Translations under genes and position numbers: made by a program
The notes under the pieces: generated by a model
Told to the model about the DNA's origin: nothing
What the model saw: the letters and a program-made list of their open reading frames with translations, nothing else
Databases searched by the model: none
Shown: positions 9,624 to 17,455 of the stretch, piece by piece
Numbering within the stretch: position 1 is the first letter of the stretch
How the letters are laid out: each line of letters begins with the position of its first letter
NCBI GenBank assembly: GCA_965613295.1
Contig: CBFDVG010000001.1
Span: forward strand, 1 to 35,403
Length of the DNA stretch: 35,403 nt
Reading direction: 5' to 3'
DNA from: an uncultured Thermotogaceae bacterium
GTDB taxonomy: Bacteria > Thermotogota > Thermotogae > Thermotogales > DSM-5069

Positions 9624-12047
9624 GTGGAAAACATACTTTCAAAACCAATAGAAGACGAACTTGTTGAATCGTACATGAACTACTCAATGAGCGTCATCAT
9701 TGGCAGAGCGATTCCTGATGTTCGTGATGGTTTGAAACCGGTTCAGCGCAGAATTTTGTACGCGATGCGAGAACTCGGCTTGACACACAATTCACAGTCC
9801 AAGAAATCCGCAAGAATTGTGGGGGAAGTTTTGGGTAAATACCATCCCCATGGTGACTTGGCAGTTTACGATGCCTTGGTACGAATGGCACAAAATTTCA
9901 ACATGAGGTACCCTTTGATCATAGGGCAGGGTAACTTTGGTTCCATTGACAGAGATCCTCCAGCCGCGATGCGATACACAGAGGCGAAAATGTCCCGAAT
10001 ATCAGAAGAGATGCTTCAAGACATAGAGAAAGATACTGTCCAGATGGCGCCTAACTTCGATGAAACTTTAAAGGAACCGTCAGTGTTACCAGGCAAAGTA
10101 CCAAATCTTTTACTAAACGGCAGTACTGGCATCGCCGTGGGCATGGCTACGAGCATTCCTCCTCACAACTTGAATGAGATCGTAGATGCAATCCAGTTAC
10201 TGATAAGAAATCCTAACGCTTCTCATGAGGAAATAATGAAGTTTGTGAAGGGTCCTGACTTTCCAACTGGAGCAACGATAATGAACGGCAGCGAGTTGAT
10301 AGAAGCGTACAGAACCGGAAGAGGAAGAGCGGTTGTAAGAGGCACAGCTGAACTTGAGGAAACAGAAAAGAGTAGCAGAATAGTTATTTCCGAGATTCCA
10401 TACTCTGTGAGTAAAGCTGGTCTGATCAAAGAAATTGCTTCTTATGCGGAACGAAATCCCAAGATGTACATAAAGGATATCCGTGACGAATCAGATCGCT
10501 CGGGAATGCGCATAGTTATAGAGCTCTCAAGAAATGCAAAACCGAGTGTAGTAATAAACAACCTCTATAAACACACGTCTTTACAAACGACTTTCAGTAT
10601 TCAAATGCTGGTCATAGATCACAACAAGCCAAAACTGATGGGTATTCGGGAACTACTTCTTGCGTTCATTGCTCACAGATTTGAAGTGATAAGAAGAAGA
10701 TCGGAGTACGACTTGAAAGTCCTCTCCAGAAGGGCACACTTGCTGGAGGGTATCATGAAAGCCGCAAGAGCAATCGGTGTCGTTATAGATATCATCAGAA
10801 GCAGTAAAGATAACGAAGAGGCAACGAAAAATCTAATTGAGACTCTCGAGGTCACTGAAGAACAATCGAAGGCTATCCTCGAAATGAAATTGGGAAGACT
10901 CACGGGCTTAGAAACTGAGAAATTGCAATCAGAATACTCAGAACTGACAGAAAAACTGCGTGATATCAAAGATATATTAGTTCATGACGAAAGGGTATAC
11001 GAAATAATGTACTCAGAGCTCGAAGAACTAAAGAGCAAATACGGCGATGCAAGAAGGACTAAGATAGTCAACGGTGGTGAATTATCGTACAACCCAGAAG
11101 ATCTTATCGTAGACGAAGAAATCGTTGTGACACTGAGTGAAAAAGGATATATAAAGGCGACGAATTTGAACTCCTACAGGAGTCAGAGGCGTGGCGGAAA
11201 AGGTAAAATTGGGGCAAAGATAGCAGTTGGAGACGAGATATCAATAGTATGCATTTCTCGCCTTCTGGAGCGCAGCCTTTTTATATCTTCTAAGGGAAGA
11301 GCTTTTGTACTGAAGAACTACGAGCTTCAAACTTCTGGTAGGGATAGCAAAGGTAAACCTATACAAGCTTATCTGAATCTTGAAGAAGACGAGCAAGTTC
11401 TGACAATGATACCGTTTTCCGAATGGAAAGGAGACCTAATTTTAGTAACTCGTAAGGGCAGGATAAAGAGAACTCCTCTTGAGGAATTCCAAAACGCCGG
11501 AAGCAGAGGCATAAGAGCGATCACATTTGTAAACAACGATTCTGTGGTCACAGCAACACTATCCCGTTCTGTTGACGAAAACATAATGATAGCCACGAGA
11601 AATGGAATGGTAATCAAGTTCCCACTTCGAAGCGTTAGAAGAATGGGACGAACCGCAATGGGTGTGATTGGAATAAGGTTGAGAGATAATGACGAAGTCG
11701 TTGGAATGGTGACTATCCAGGATGATTCTCTCGAACTTCTAAGCATAACAAGCAAAGGCTTTGGAAAAAGAACATCGCTAGCAGAGTATCGAGTTCAAAG
11801 TAGAGGCGGAATGGGTGTAAAAAATTTACCCAGCGTCGCAAAGGCGGGGCACATTAGTGGCGTTGAAGTGGTACAGGACCTCGATTCGGATGTCATAGTT
11901 ATGACAAAAAACGGTGTTTCCATAAGGTTTCATATCTCCACTGTCAGCGTTCTAAGCCGAACCGCACGAGGTGTTAAAATAGTCAATCTGTCCAAAGACG
12001 ACGAAGTTTCCCATTTCGCTATTGTCGAGCAATGTATAGACAGTTAG
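9624..12047 (+). CDS. gyrA: DNA gyrase subunit A
   Basis: [31 protein letters not shown], active-site AAMRYTEAK, and C-terminal beta-pinwheel repeats. GTG start behind GGAGGG. Confidence 0.95.
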   Translation: MENILSKPIEDELVESYMNYSMSVIIGRAIPDVRDGLKPVQRRILYAMRELGLTHNSQSKKSARIVGEVLGKYHPHGDLAVYDALVRMAQNFNMRYPLIIGQGNFGSIDRDPPAAMRYTEAKMSRISEEMLQDIEKDTVQMAPNFDETLKEPSVLPGKVPNLLLNGSTGIAVGMATSIPPHNLNEIVDAIQLLIRNPNASHEEIMKFVKGPDFPTGATIMNGSELIEAYRTGRGRAVVRGTAELEETEKSSRIVISEIPYSVSKAGLIKEIASYAERNPKMYIKDIRDESDRSGMRIVIELSRNAKPSVVINNLYKHTSLQTTFSIQMLVIDHNKPKLMGIRELLLAFIAHRFEVIRRRSEYDLKVLSRRAHLLEGIMKAARAIGVVIDIIRSSKDNEEATKNLIETLEVTEEQSKAILEMKLGRLTGLETEKLQSEYSELTEKLRDIKDILVHDERVYEIMYSELEELKSKYGDARRTKIVNGGELSYNPEDLIVDEEIVVTLSEKGYIKATNLNSYRSQRRGGKGKIGAKIAVGDEISIVCISRLLERSLFISSKGRAFVLKNYELQTSGRDSKGKPIQAYLNLEEDEQVLTMIPFSEWKGDLILVTRKGRIKRTPLEEFQNAGSRGIRAITFVNNDSVVTATLSRSVDENIMIATRNGMVIKFPLRSVRRMGRTAMGVIGIRLRDNDEVVGMVTIQDDSLELLSITSKGFGKRTSLAEYRVQSRGGMGVKNLPSVAKAGHISGVEVVQDLDSDVIVMTKNGVSIRFHISTVSVLSRTARGVKIVNLSKDDEVSHFAIVEQCIDS

Positions 12048-12415
12048 AACACAGCGCAGATTTGAGGTTTGAACTCGAAAGCGACTCATTTGAAGGTGTT
12101 TTTCAGGACTTTGCCGATTTGCTCTTTGATTTGTGCCAACCAACGTTGGCGGACGAAATCTTCGTCAAGACATATGAAGTCACAAGCGAAAGCTTTGATG
12201 ATACCGTTTTCGACGTGGTTAATGACTGGATTTACACAATTTACGGGCAGAGATTTTTCCCATTCAGATGTTACCTGAATAGCGGTATTTTACGTTGCAC
12301 CTTTAAGAGAATATCTGTGATGAATGGCATAGAAATTAAAGCTCTAACATATCACGACTTGAGGTTCAAAGAAGAAGCTGGTAAGATCAAAGCAAAGGTG
12401 GTGTTTGACGTTTGA
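12032..12415 (+). CDS. Archease family protein
   Basis: The N-terminal [10 protein letters not shown] motif (EH[ST]AD) and a size of about 127 aa fit archease. The ATG lies 16 nt inside the gyrA 3' end. Confidence 0.7.
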   Translation: MYRQLEHSADLRFELESDSFEGVFQDFADLLFDLCQPTLADEIFVKTYEVTSESFDDTVFDVVNDWIYTIYGQRFFPFRCYLNSGILRCTFKRISVMNGIEIKALTYHDLRFKEEAGKIKAKVVFDV

Positions 12416-13011
12416 AAGGACTTACCAAGAGGCAAAGGGATGTTTTGAATTTTATAAACGCCTACATCAGTAAGTATGGATTCTCTCCGAGTATAAGAGA
12501 CATTGCTCGAGAGTTCAGGATAACGCCTCGCGGAGCTTCGATACACTTAATTGCGCTTGAAAAGAAAGGGTACATAACCCGATCGAAAAAAGCGAGAAGT
12601 GTGAGGGTTGTCAACCGAATCGAAGGAATAAAGCTCCCACTTGTTGGAACGATAGCCGCGGGAAACGCCATCGAGGCCCTGGAAAACCAAACTGAGCTCA
12701 TTGAGGTACCGATGAGTATGGTTAAATCAGGATATGAGCACTTCCTGCTGCGAGTAAAGGGAACGAGCATGATCGAAGAACATATAATAGACAGAGACTT
12801 AGTTGTTATAAGAAAACAAAACACAGCTTCCAATGGCGATATTGTGGCTGTACTCGTAGACAATGCCGATGCAACCTTGAAAAAGTTTTACGCGAAATCT
12901 GACAAAGTGATCCTTAAACCAGCAAACAGAGAACTGAAACCTTTAGAACTGGAAAGTAGCAGAGTGAAAATCTTAGGAAAACTGGTTGGAGTGATAAGAA
13001 CTTATGAATGA
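12412..13011 (+). CDS. lexA: LexA repressor (S24 self-cleaving transcriptional repressor)
   Basis: N-terminal LTKRQRDVL...GFSPSIRDIA wHTH, AAG cleavage site, catalytic GTSM Ser and downstream TLKKF Lys. The TTG start overlaps the archease stop. Confidence 0.9.
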   Translation: MKGLTKRQRDVLNFINAYISKYGFSPSIRDIAREFRITPRGASIHLIALEKKGYITRSKKARSVRVVNRIEGIKLPLVGTIAAGNAIEALENQTELIEVPMSMVKSGYEHFLLRVKGTSMIEEHIIDRDLVVIRKQNTASNGDIVAVLVDNADATLKKFYAKSDKVILKPANRELKPLELESSRVKILGKLVGVIRTYE

Positions 13012-13369
13012 AGAACGCAGAAGCCATCTCGCTGATATAGTTTCTCATGGTGATATCCACATCGTCAAACTCTTATCAGAGCTGGACCTCAATACGGCCC
13101 CATTTTTCAAGAAAATGGTAAAAGAAGAGCTTATCGCAAAGGGTAAGAAGAAAGTTATTATTGATTTTTCAGAGTGCAAATATTTGGACAGCTACGCTCT
13201 GGGAGTTTTGATGAGTCTTGACAAACATTTCAAACTCAGTGGCGGAATAATGGTTCTTTGCAACCTTGACTCAAACCTGAAGAGAATATTCAACTTAACT
13301 TTACTGAACACTATTCTTTCGATTCGTGAAAACCTGAATGACGCTTTACAAGCACTGGGAGCCTTCTGA
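13004..13369 (+). CDS. STAS-domain protein (anti-sigma-factor antagonist, SpoIIAA/RsbV-like)
   Basis: IIDFSECKYLDSYALGVLMSL carries the conserved D-S phospho-site context. 121 aa. 8-nt overlap with lexA. Confidence 0.75.
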   Translation: MNEERRSHLADIVSHGDIHIVKLLSELDLNTAPFFKKMVKEELIAKGKKKVIIDFSECKYLDSYALGVLMSLDKHFKLSGGIMVLCNLDSNLKRIFNLTLLNTILSIRENLNDALQALGAF

Positions 13370-13405
13370 TATTTGTTTCAAACTCATTCAAGGTGTTTTT
13401 TTATA

Positions 13406-13655
13406 TCACTCATAAAAGGGAGAAAGCAGGAAAAGTAGAACTCTCCCTCTTTTCCCGTTTTGGATCGGTAATAAAGCTCATCTACACCCATCCTGAAAAG
13501 GAAAATTTTTGAAGATGGACTTAGCTTTTGAATTTTATTTGCTATGTGTTTTACTATATGATGTTAAATGATAAAACCCCCGCTGTGAAAATTGATTTTG
13601 GAAAAAAGCGACAAGATTATAATTTGCATTCCTTATGATCAAGAGTTAATGAGGT
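13406..13655. repeat. Direct repeat copy 1 (250 bp), left boundary of the R-M island
   Basis: Identical to 17186-17439 except for a 4-nt CATA indel. A degraded extension of similarity reaches back to about 13390 (versus about 17170). It contains a hairpin-plus-T-run (AGGGAGA...TCTCCCT CTTTTCCCGTTTT). Confidence 0.95.
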
Positions 13656-13780
13656 ATAACCAGGAACTTTTAGGTCATAGAAGCTCAAAAACAACAGGAA
13701 TTTATAACCATGTAAGTACAAGGAACCTTTCTGAAATAAAGAGTCCACTCGATAGCTTTTTAAAAGGAAGCAAAACATGA
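13656..13780 (+). pseudogene. Tyrosine recombinase/integrase 3' remnant (about 40 C-terminal codons)
   Basis: QELLGHRSSKTTGIYNHVSTRNLSEIKSPLD matches the LLGH-x5-T-x-IY-x-HV box II region containing the catalytic Tyr. Recognisable homology begins at the direct-repeat junction, and upstream catalytic boxes are absent. Confidence 0.75.
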
Positions 13781-13892
13781 GCGAAAAGACAAAAAAGCAA
13801 AGTTCATCCAGAGAAAGGTATATGTGAATTGTTCGCATATGAACAAGTTGTCCGAAATTGCGGGCTTCTATATCTCTGGAGGTGAATGAAGA

Positions 13893-14579
13893 ATGGGTGA
13901 CATAACAAGAGAAATAACCTACTTTGAATATTGTGGTGAAATAAATACCGAAAAAGTTTTGTCCCTTGCTAGAAAGAGATGCGAAAAACTAGGAATTAAG
14001 AAAGTAGTTGTCGCCTCAGAAACGGGTAGAAGCGCACTCAAAGCCCTCGAAATCTTTCATGGGATGAATATAAAAATGATTGTTGTTACCCACTACCCTG
14101 CGAGTACATGGGGACCGAAAGGTGACATCCCTATCGGACTTATGAGAAAAGAATACTCTAAAATACGGGAGAAATTACTAAAAAGAAGTGTCAAAATTAT
14201 TCAGGGCACAAGACCTTTTGCCCCTCCATCCAGGCACATTAACTGGGAATATCCAACACCTGAAGGTATTATAAATAAGACACTTGAAATTTTCGGTGCA
14301 GGTACAAAAATAGCTATTGAAGTGGCTGTTATGGCCACAGATGCTGGGGAAGTAGATGAAGGCGAAGAAATCATATCCTGCGCAGGTACATACAAAGGTT
14401 TGGATACGGCGCTGGTTGTAAAAACGGCGTATAGTATGAACTTCTTTAAGAACTTTGAGGTTAAAGAAATAATCGCCAAGCCCAGATGCAGAGTGAAAGA
14501 ACTCCCCGAATACAAATTTAAAAACTGGAAAGGTGACTTGAATAAATACTATGAATGGAAGGTGGAGAGATCTGAATGA
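13893..14579 (+). CDS. Pyruvate kinase C-terminal (alpha/beta) domain-like protein of unknown function
   Basis: YFEYCGEINTEKVLSLARKRCEKLGIKKVVVASETGRSALKALE and FGAGTKIAIEVAVMATDAG resemble the stand-alone PK_C-like family. SD GGAGGTGA lies upstream. Confidence 0.55.
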   Translation: MGDITREITYFEYCGEINTEKVLSLARKRCEKLGIKKVVVASETGRSALKALEIFHGMNIKMIVVTHYPASTWGPKGDIPIGLMRKEYSKIREKLLKRSVKIIQGTRPFAPPSRHINWEYPTPEGIINKTLEIFGAGTKIAIEVAVMATDAGEVDEGEEIISCAGTYKGLDTALVVKTAYSMNFFKNFEVKEIIAKPRCRVKELPEYKFKNWKGDLNKYYEWKVERSE

Positions 14580-14621
14580 TTCCCTGTAGATTTAGATATG
14601 ATCTCTTTCCGGAGCCCGCAA

Positions 14622-14750
14622 CTCTCCGCTCGCTGTCGCTCGCTTCGGTGCTGACGCACTCGGACAACAGGCGGGTATCTGGCTTCGCTACGCTTCGCCC
14701 AAATCCTTCGCTATCGCTCAGGACTTCAGATACCCGCCAAACGTTGTCTG
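14622..14750 (+). repeat. GC-rich island element A with a long hairpin, immediately 3' of the PK_C-like ORF
   Basis: Perfect 12-bp stem GGCGGGTATCTG (14670-14681) / CAGATACCCGCC (14727-14738), plus an outer stem GACAAC (14663-14668) / GTTGTC (14743-14748). The 45-nt loop is rich in TCGCT motifs. Homologous to element B. Confidence 0.8.
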
Positions 14751-14802
14751 AAATCGCCCGAAGTCTCAGTAAAATGTATAAGATTAAAAAGGAGTGGTGA
14801 AT

Positions 14803-16077
14803 ATGGAAAACTGGGCTAGAATAATAATCGGTGATAGTCGTAAAATGGTTGAAATCAAAGATAATTCCGTTCATATGGTGGTTACTTCTCCACCGTATTG
14901 GTCTATAAAGAACTACGGTATCAAAAATCAAATCGGATATGGTCAGAGTCTCCATGATTATCTAAAAGATCTCTATCTGGTTTGGAAAGAATCATATAGA
15001 GTCTTGGACCCTGGACGAAGACTAATTGTTAATATAGGAGATCAATTTGCAAGATCAATAATTTATGGAAGATACAAAATTATACCACTCCACGCGGAAA
15101 TAATTGCACAATGCGAAGATATTGGTTTTGATTACATGGGCTCAATTATATGGCAGAAAAAAACTACAATGAATACGACAGGTGGGGCAAATGTGATGGG
15201 ATCTTATCCTTATCCACCCAATGGAATGATTGAAATAGATTATGAGCATATTCTTATCTTTAAAAAACCGGGGAAAAGTAAGAAAATTTCCAAAGAACTT
15301 AAAGAAAGCTCCAAACTCACTAAAGAAGAATGGAAAGAATATTTTTATGGGCACTGGTATTTCAGAGGTGCAAGACAAATAGATCATGAGGCCATGTTTC
15401 CTGATGAACTACCAAAAAGATTAATAAAGATGTTCACATTTACTGGTGAAACTATACTAGATCCGTTTTTGGGAAGTGGGACAACAGCAAAAGTTGCATT
15501 GGAATTAAATAGAAATGCTATTGGATATGAAATAAATGAGAAATTCTTAGAAAGTATAAAGAAAAAGGTTAAAATTAATGGCTTAAATCTGTTCAATAAA
15601 AAAATTGAAATTATAAAAAGAGATGAAACAATTATTACTGATAGCATAGATTATATTCCCAGAATAAAAGATGCAAAACCAGTTATAGACCCTGATAAGT
15701 TAAAATTTGGAAAGAACGAATTTTATAAGGTTGTTGATATATTAGATGATGGAAGCTTAAGAGTGGATACCGGCGTTATTGTAAAATTTAGAGGAATTCT
15801 AATAACTGATTTGAAGAGTGCAAGATCATATTTAGAACGATATGTTTTAAAAAAGAAAGTATATCTCAAATTTGACAAAGGGTATGTGGCTAATGAACAT
15901 TCTATGGAAGCATATGTATATCTCAAAAACAAAATATTTATTAACGCATATCTAATAAAAAATGGGCTGGCTGTTACAAACAAAAACGGTGATTTTGATT
16001 TAAAAAAACGGTTTATAGAATTAGAGGTAGATTCCCAAAATATTACAGAACGTGGTAGCTCTAAGGTTGTGCAATAG
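14803..16077 (+). CDS. Type II DNA methyltransferase, beta-class N4/N6 family (SPPY motif suggests m4C), fused to a C-terminal degenerate staphylococcal-nuclease-like domain
   Basis: Motif IV TSPPYW precedes motif I DPFLGSGTT (beta permutation). The C-terminal roughly 100 aa align by eye to the SNase fold (FRGILITD, YLKFDKG, EAYVYL, INAYLIKNGLA). ATG 14803 lies behind GGAG. Confidence 0.85.
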   Translation: MENWARIIIGDSRKMVEIKDNSVHMVVTSPPYWSIKNYGIKNQIGYGQSLHDYLKDLYLVWKESYRVLDPGRRLIVNIGDQFARSIIYGRYKIIPLHAEIIAQCEDIGFDYMGSIIWQKKTTMNTTGGANVMGSYPYPPNGMIEIDYEHILIFKKPGKSKKISKELKESSKLTKEEWKEYFYGHWYFRGARQIDHEAMFPDELPKRLIKMFTFTGETILDPFLGSGTTAKVALELNRNAIGYEINEKFLESIKKKVKINGLNLFNKKIEIIKRDETIITDSIDYIPRIKDAKPVIDPDKLKFGKNEFYKVVDILDDGSLRVDTGVIVKFRGILITDLKSARSYLERYVLKKKVYLKFDKGYVANEHSMEAYVYLKNKIFINAYLIKNGLAVTNKNGDFDLKKRFIELEVDSQNITERGSSKVVQ

Positions 16078-16088
16078 GAGGCATATTC

Positions 16089-16706
16089 ATGGAATTTAAA
16101 ATAAAAGTTGAAGAAATACAGAGACTAATGGAAATAGAGAGCCCAGATTTCCCAAAATACACGACTCAAATACTTAATTTAGCCAATCAAAATGCTCAAG
16201 CTACGAGGCCTAAAGTTGTTGGACAAATGAGTGAACTTATAAAAGAATTTACCGGTAGAACCTTGGAAGAATGGGAAGAATGGTATCTAAAGCGCTATCC
16301 CGATTCAATTGATAAAGCAACTAAAAAAATATTAGAAATGATTGATAATTTTAGAGATGTTATAAACCAAATTGACGAGACTATGATTAGGCAATGGGTT
16401 AGAGATTTAGTAGTTGTAAAAACTTTTATTGGTTTGAGGTTCCAGAAAGCAGTTTTAAAAAAGATTGCAGAGAAATTTATGACTCATTATAAGCTATCAA
16501 CCCCTGAAGATGAAAGTAAAGGCATCGATGGTTACATAGAAAATATTCCTATTAGTCTAAAACCCACCACATATAAATATAAAAAAATGTTGGCAGAGAG
16601 TTTAGAGGGATATGTTATCCATTACGAAAAACAAAAAGATGGTTTAAGAATAATAGTTCCAGAAAAATTAGAAAATCAATTAAAATCTATTAATAAAGAC
16701 GATTAA
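16089..16706 (+). CDS. Candidate type II restriction endonuclease partner of the methyltransferase
   Basis: It starts 11 nt after the MTase stop, behind AGGAGG, on the same strand. Composition is AT-rich like the MTase gene. Possible PD-(D/E)xK-like GIDGYIENIPISLKP. The assignment rests mainly on context. Confidence 0.55.
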   Translation: MEFKIKVEEIQRLMEIESPDFPKYTTQILNLANQNAQATRPKVVGQMSELIKEFTGRTLEEWEEWYLKRYPDSIDKATKKILEMIDNFRDVINQIDETMIRQWVRDLVVVKTFIGLRFQKAVLKKIAEKFMTHYKLSTPEDESKGIDGYIENIPISLKPTTYKYKKMLAESLEGYVIHYEKQKDGLRIIVPEKLENQLKSINKDD

Positions 16707-16724
16707 AGTGAAACCTCAGACGAT

Positions 16725-16828
16725 TCTCCGCTTCATTCGGTGCTATCGCACTTGGACAACAGATAGATATGTGGCTCGCTACTACTCGTCCAAATTTGCC
16801 TACAGCAACTTTTTTATCCGCCAAACGT
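16725..16828 (+). repeat. Island element B, a diverged copy of element A, immediately 3' of the endonuclease ORF
   Basis: Shares the blocks CTCCGCT, TTCGGTGCT, CGCACT, GGACAACAG, GGCT(T)CGCTAC, CCAAAT and CCGCCAAACGT in the same order as element A. The 12-bp stem of A is not conserved. Confidence 0.7.
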
Positions 16829-16914
16829 ATGGTAACATTATTTCTCAAATAATGAATAAGTAAAGAATTTGGCTTAAAATACAGAGCAATTTTGGCTATC
16901 AAAGGAGGTATAAA

Positions 16915-17130
16915 GTGAATATATTACTAGGTATATTAATGTTAATGGTTGCCATAGGTTCATTTTTATCTTTTAGCGGTTTGACAAAAAGCAATTTCAT
17001 CGTCTACAAAATCCTTGTAGCTCGCTCAAGAATACTGTGGGGCAAAAGTGATAAAGTTCATGCCTTTTATTCAGTAATTGGAATTTTGATTATCATAATG
17101 GGATTATTGCTATCCATTGGTTTATTTTAA
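16915..17130 (+). CDS. Small membrane protein (71 aa, 2 TM)
   Basis: GTG start 7 nt after AAAGGAGG. Two hydrophobic segments (ILLGILMLMVAIGSFLSF, VIGILIIIMGLLLSIGLF). Confidence 0.5.
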   Translation: MNILLGILMLMVAIGSFLSFSGLTKSNFIVYKILVARSRILWGKSDKVHAFYSVIGILIIIMGLLLSIGLF

Positions 17131-17185
17131 AAGTAATAGTTTCACAAACTAATAAGGGCAAGAGATGCTAAGGTATCTTTCTGTT

Positions 17186-17439
17186 TCACTCATACATAAA
17201 AGGGAGAAAGCAGGAAAAGTAGAACTCTCCCTCTTTTCCCGTTTTGGATCGGTAATAAAGCTCATCTACACCCATCCTGAAAAGGAAAATTTTTGAAGAT
17301 GGACTTAGCTTTTGAATTTTATTTGCTATGTGTTTTACTATATGATGTTAAATGATAAAACCCCCGCTGTGAAAATTGATTTTGGAAAAAAGCGACAAGA
17401 TTATAATTTGCATTCCTTATGATCAAGAGTTAATGAGGT
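17186..17439. repeat. Direct repeat copy 2 (254 bp), right boundary of the R-M island
   Basis: See copy 1. It ends 16 nt from the stop of the minus-strand dehydrogenase gene. Confidence 0.95.
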
Positions 17440-17455
17440 GTAATTGCAATACCCT

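Noticed and set aside
12462-12863. 133-aa minus-strand ORF
   Set aside because: It is antisense to lexA, whose wHTH and S24 motifs are clear. Shadow ORF.
13830-13845. GTTC-N6-GAAC palindrome as a LexA (Cheo-type GAAC-N4-GTTC) box
   Set aside because: The half-site order and spacing are wrong for the Cheo box. I kept it only as a generic operator candidate under findings.
14518-14955. 145-aa minus-strand ORF and 74-aa plus-strand ORF (14576-14800) spanning the gap between the PK_C-like gene and the MTase
   Set aside because: They are open only because they cross GC-rich repeat element A. The translations are repeat-derived low complexity (LRSLSLASV, SLSLRTSD). They overlap real genes and have no SD.
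13406-17439. Possibility that the repeated sequences form a CRISPR array
   Set aside because: There are only two copies, each 250 bp long and 3.5 kb apart, and there are no cas genes. The geometry is that of island-flanking direct repeats, not CRISPR.
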